53,406 nucleotides of DNA, from the NCBI RefSeq assembly GCF_006345805.1, contig NW_021833869.1, forward strand, positions 1 to 53,406, in the 5' to 3' direction. Made by a program: the position numbers and the translations under genes. How positions within the stretch are numbered: the stretch's first letter is position 1; each line of letters starts with the position of its first letter. The notes beneath the pieces are model-generated. The model saw nothing but the letters and a program-made list of their open reading frames with translations, ran no database searches and was not told the origin of the DNA. The stretch is from Octopus sinensis (Eukaryota). Positions 47,906 through 53,406 of this stretch are shown here, piece by piece.

Positions 47906-47906
47906 T

Positions 47907-48299
47907 TACTCTCTTTTTCTCTTTTATTGTTTTCAGAGCTTTGACTGCGGCCATGCTGGAGCACCGCCTTTAATCGAGCAACTCGACCCCGGGACTTATT
48001 CTTTTGTAAGCCAGTATTATTCTATCGGTCTTTTTGCCGAACCGCTAAGTAACGGGGACATAAAAACACACCGCATGGGTTGTCCAGCAATGCTAGGGGG
48101 ACAAACACACACACAAACACCACACGCATATATATATACATTTATACGACGGGCTTCTTTCAGTTTCCGTCTACAAATCCACTCACAAGGTTTTGGTCCG
48201 CCCGAGGCTATAGTAAGAAGACACTTCCCAAGGTGCCACGCAGTGTGACTGAACCGGAACCATGTGGTTGGTAAACAAGCTACTTACCACACAGCCACT

Positions 48300-48302
<3 letters not shown>
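47907..48302 (-). mobile_element. SINE family A, full length
   Basis: Reverse complement of consensus. Confidence 0.88.
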
Positions 48303-48335
<33 letters not shown>

Positions 48336-48709
48336 ATATATATATATATTATATATATATAATATAATATGTAAATTATATAAATAAGGATAAGATTGTT
48401 ATTTAAAATACAATTGTGGTCTTAGAGTCAAGTTTTGGTTGGTATATCTAGCATAGTGGTATCTCTTAGATACCTTTAATTATAATTTTATATATATATA
48501 TAAATATACATACACAACAGGCTTTTTTAAGTTTCTGTCAACCAAATCCACTCAAAGTTTTGGTCAGCCCGAGGCTAGAGTAGAAGACTCCTGCCCTAGG
48601 TACCAAGCAGTGAGGCTGAACCCAGAACTATGTGGTTTGGAAGCAATCTTCTGACCACACAGCCATGCCTGGGTCTCTCTCTCTTTCTCTTTATATATAT
48701 ATATATATT

Positions 48710-48974
48710 TAAAATTAAGGATAAAATCTTTACAAGAAATTATCAGTAGTTAGCGTGAAAAACCTCGTAAGAGAAAAAATCCGTAAATTTTTCCACTTTG
48801 AAAATATTTATTTATTTTATATAGAGGGTACTATTATTCATAGATACCGCACGCTAGGAGGGACCCTTGTGGTCAAACTATAAAATACCGCTAAAAAATT
48901 GTTTATTTTAGTGAGTTTGACCGCAAGGGTCCCTCCAGCATGCGGCATTAATGAATAACAGTACCCTCTGTATA
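48710..48974. mobile_element. TA-flanked foldback element with ~60-bp imperfect inverted arms
   Basis: 48820-48879 pairs with 48914-48974. Confidence 0.55.
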
Positions 48975-49460
48975 TTATATATATATATTATATATATATT
49001 ATATATATATAATATATATATATATATATACATATGTACATTTATATATACACATACACACACGTATATACATACATACATACAGCATATATATATATAT
49101 ATATATGCATGTATGTATAGATAGATAAATAGATAGATAGATAGATAGATAGATATTTATGTGTGTGTCAAAAACATAAACTCACACGCATGTAGAAACC
49201 CCACTCGCATGCATACACACACACATACACACACACCCACCACACACACACTCACCAAGTTATCTTAACAAGGTGTGATAACACCCTCTATATTAGCAGC
49301 TCTCGCGACACACGCGACGCCAGGATTTGTTTGCTCTTTCTTATCTTCATTTCTTCCTTTCCTTCTTTCGACCTGTTCCCTTCTCTTCCACCTCACACAC
49401 ACATACACTCACTCATGCACAATCTTTGAGGGTTTGTGTATGTGTGTGTATATATATATA

Positions 49461-49511
<51 letters not shown>

Positions 49512-50500
49512 CACACACACAATGTATATATATATATATACACACACACACAAATGTATATATATATGTATATATATATATATTATATATATATATATAT
49601 ACATGTATGTATACTCACACATACATGTATATATATACATATATATAAATGCCTATGAATAAGTATACATGCATGTGTGTGTATGTAAATATATATATAT
49701 ATATATTATACACACACACACACACACACAGGTATATGTACACATACTTCCACTTATATATACATATATAAATAAATGTATATTCCCCCTTACACATACA
49801 CACACACTTTCTCTCACACACACACACACACACACGTATATATATATACAAACGTGTATATAGACACATGCTCCCACTTGAAAGACGGCATGTTTTACAA
49901 CTCACCTTAAAGGTAAACTTACCTGGGATCATTGCAGAAATGAACAACAAGAAGAGAACAAATGGTGTGATCTTTTCCCTCAGGGATCACTCTTTTCCAG
50001 TTTCATTTCTTTATATCGTTTCTACATCTTTGAATCAACTTCCTCACTAGATTCTTCAAATATTATGAAAGATACATAGCCTCCAAAAAATACATAGTTC
50101 CCAAAATCTTCAATTTGTGTGTATACACATACACACACAGACACACACACGCACACACATGTGCATGTGTACACATACATAGAAGGATATACACACACAC
50201 ACACACACATATATAATATATACATATACACACACATACACATGCACATATATATATATAAACATAAAAATTTACATAAAAACAAACAGTATACATATGC
50301 ACACACACATATATATATATACACATGCACACACATACATACATAAATATATGCATATATATATATACATAATATACAGAATATACTTCAACTTGAGACT
50401 GGGCACAACTTTCCTAAAGTACCTTCCCACCAACGAATATATATATATATATATATATCTATATATATATATATATATATAACTATATATATATATATAT
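48975..50500. repeat. Microsatellite-rich zone ((TA)n, (CA)n, (GATA)n) with short unique islands
   Basis: Direct reading. Confidence 0.85.
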
Positions 50501-50503
50501 ATA

Positions 50504-50714
50504 GTTCTTTATTGCCCACAAGGGGCCAAACAAGGACAGACAAAGGGATTAAGTCAATTACATCGACCCCCAGTGCGAAACTGGTACTTTATTCATCGAC
50601 CCCGAAAGGATGAAAGGCAAAGTTGACCTCGGCGGAATTTGAACTCAGAATGCAACGACAGACGAAATACTGCTAAGCATTTCACCCGGTGAGCTAACGT
50701 GTCTGCCAGCTCGC
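50504..50714 (-). mobile_element. SINE family B
   Basis: Reverse complement of consensus. Confidence 0.85.
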
Positions 50715-50939
50715 TTTATATATATATATATACATAGCTACATACATACATATATACATTTGTGTGCATGCATCTCTCTCTCTCTCTCTCTCTCCTCTTA
50801 TATATATATATATATATATAAATATATAATATATATGTATATATATAACAAAGTGCAGTCTCTGTGTGTACCCCAAAATACGAACTGTTGCACTTCATCG
50901 TGCATAGAAAGCCACATGCTATTAGAAAACTTCTAAAGT

Positions 50940-51310
50940 CACCACCATCATCATCGTCATTATCATCATCACGATCACCACCATCATCACCATCATCACC
51001 ATCACCATCATCATCATTATCATTCATCATTTAACGTCTGTTTTCCATGCTGGAGCCAGCGAGCTGCAGGGTTGCACCAAACTGCAGGGTTGCACCGAGC
51101 TCCAATGTCATCTTCGGCATGATTTTTGCAGCTTGATGCGCTTCCTAATGCCTGCCACCAACCTCGCGAAGTGTCATAGTAATTATAATAATAATAATAA
51201 TTATTATTATTATTGTTATAATAATAACAATAATAATAATAACATTGATAATAATAATAATATTAATAACAATGATGACTACTACAACAACTACAACAAC
51301 AACAACAACA
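50940..51310. repeat. (CAT/CAC)n and (AAT/AAC)n tracts flanking a degenerate family D fragment
   Basis: Direct reading. Confidence 0.75.
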
Positions 51311-51819
51311 GCAAACTTCTTATGTAGGTACCTGGACATAATTTGGATTGTGGAATTAATCGATTATAGCTTCCAGCACATCATTGGTATTTTATTTTAT
51401 TGACCCCTGAAAGGATGGAAATCAAAATCGACTTCAACTGGATTTGAACCCTAAGCACAAAGAAGGAGAATAAATACAGCCAAGCAGTTTTTTTTTTTTT
51501 TTTTTGCTCCTATCAAACACTTCTGTTGTTTCACCAAATGATGATACAGAAACTTATAATGATTATTATTATTATTATTATTATTATTATTTATTCCTTA
51601 TTATTATGACCACCATCATCATCAATATTTGTCATCTCTAAAGAAACCACTGGGAAAGAAACAGCCTTTGTTAAAGATTGTCTGAGTATTTGAATTCTAA
51701 GAAAATTAACTGCAGGAACCACATGCTGACTTTTGGACAATTGTTTCACTACAATTTACTTGGACGTTGTGGATTTTTACCCTAAAACTTTCGGTCAGTA
51801 TAGTTCTTATTTAGTTCTT

Positions 51820-52100
51820 TTGATGTCATTCTAGGCAAACCCATTGCTTATTTCATGTGGACAAACCCTTAGCTTATATTATGTAGACAAACTCTTAGCA
51901 TCTTTCATGTGGACAAACTCGGAAATTATTTCATGTGGAAAACTCATAAATTATTTCATGTGGACAGACCTGTAACCTACCTCATGTAGACAAACCAATA
52001 ACTTAATTCATGTGGACAAACCTATGCCTTACATGGTGAGGACAATATAACTCACATTATATGGACCAGCTCAAACTTTACTTCACATGGACAGATCTAA
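51820..52100. repeat. Degenerate 26-bp periodic array with conserved core TTCATGTGGACAAAC
   Basis: Core positions 51855, 51881, 51907, 51933, 51958, 51984, 52010, then degenerate units at 52033, 52059, 52085. Confidence 0.85.
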
Positions 52101-52624
52101 GAACCACATTTCTTATTAGTGTCTTATTCAGTTTGGCGGAGCTTTCTTCCATCTCAACCATTTTGCCTGATATTTATGCATCAGATCTTCTTCACTGAGA
52201 AAGTGACAAGACTGGATAACAACTCACTCAATGTACCCCCACCCCGCTCACTTCTTTCTTTGCTCCCCTACCACCACCACCACCACCACCACACATACAC
52301 ATTATTAATATCATTATCAATAATGTGTGTTCTGACCCTTAAAATCCCTCAATCCCTTCACTTACCTTAATCCTACCATCCATCCCTCCTTCTTTCAGGG
52401 CTGAACCCTAACGGACCTTTTTTCTCTGTATGATTTTCATCTCTCTACACACATCAACTTATAGAATTTTACATTAGAAACTGAACACACCTATGCCATC
52501 ACCAAGGAAAATTCTTCTTCAAAACATTATAGGCACCGTCAAGTCCTCAACTTTTTGATCTAAAATTTGAACAAAAAATTTTTAAAATAAAAAAATATCA
52601 TCCCAACTACCAAAATTAAATTAA

Positions 52625-52845
52625 CCGTTTTGCATTCAGATTATTCTATCAAATCTAACGCTTATCTATTCCCATTGTTTTGAAATAATCATGCACTTTC
52701 TCGTAGCTTTGAGATTTTGATGCGGTAGCTGTTTGCTTTTAGAAGGACATTGTAGAATGGGTGTAAGATGCCTGATCCAGTCAGTTTGAATGAAAAACAT
52801 TTAAAATATTTGGGCCAAATAATATCCACTTTAAACACAAAAGGC
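52625..52845. mobile_element. piggyBac-type MITE, inverted diverged copy of 38925-39147
   Basis: TTAA at 52621-52624 and 52846-52849; reverse complement shares aacagctaccgcatcaaaatctcaaagctac. Confidence 0.72.
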
Positions 52846-53406
52846 TTAAATCAAGATATTCGTTTTGAATTATATTCTTCACCAAAATTCCATTCCACGA
52901 ATGATACCACAACATGTCAGTTGGTTCCTACCATCCAAGTATATCTGAGTGTTCAAATAGGTTTTTGTCTTTGTAGGAAAGCAGATTGAATAAAAAAAAA
53001 TAATATTAAACTTAATTACATTTAAGAAATTCTATCATATGTATATTTTTTAAGATGTCCATAAGATACACTGATATATATAACTGTCCAAATTCTTAAT
53101 TATATTACCGATTAATTGAACATGCAAATGCAATCAATTTGCAATCAATTTGCTCATTAAGAAATATAAATGTGAAACAGTTGAGTTGACAAGATTTTCT
53201 TGTTGCTTGAAGTGATACAAGTTACCCACGTGAATTACATAACCAGATCTCTTTCATCTGCATGAGTCAGTCATCCTATACCAGTCATATATCGTGGGGA
53301 AACTTATTTTATTCTATTCTATTGACTCACTACCATTACAGAACATTTTCCTTGAAATTTGTGCAGCAAAGTGAAACAAAAACAACAGAGAACCCTCCCC
53401 ATTATC

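Noticed and set aside
51820-52100. Mini-CRISPR (repeat plus variable spacer)
   Set aside because: The 15-bp core and 11-bp linkers are far too short, neighbouring linkers are related to each other, and there are no cas genes; kept only as a phased motif array

Overview
AT-rich, microsatellite-dense animal genomic DNA; the repeat content and SINE families point to an octopus-type cephalopod (inference). No prokaryotic genes, rRNA, true tRNA or CRISPR array. One well-supported protein-coding gene, which the ORF track only partly shows: a two-exon model (6323-6404 joined to 37269-37762 across a 30,864-bp GT-AG phase-1 intron) giving a 191-aa type I membrane sialomucin of the CD164/endolyn/porimin/visgun (MGC-24) type. 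It has a signal peptide, 14 heptad repeats carrying 12 N-glycosylation sequons, one TM helix and a C-terminal YRNI motif. The rest is mobile DNA: several tRNA-derived SINE families (my labels A-E), a full-length decayed Hsmar1/SETMAR-like mariner, an internally deleted pogo/Tc2-type element, hAT, piggyBac and mariner MITEs, non-autonomous Helitrons, RTE and CR1 LINE ends, and Penelope-like remnants. The most notable hidden structure is a 76-bp foldback at 45695-45852 whose arms each contain a minimal type I hammerhead ribozyme motif with a palindromic (dimer-type) stem III. Also notable: a SINE-borne 62/63-bp minisatellite expanded to 16 copies, a 26-bp core-plus-variable-linker array, a 378-bp tandem triplication and several TA-flanked palindromes. 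Boundaries of degenerate repeats are approximate and were read by eye.
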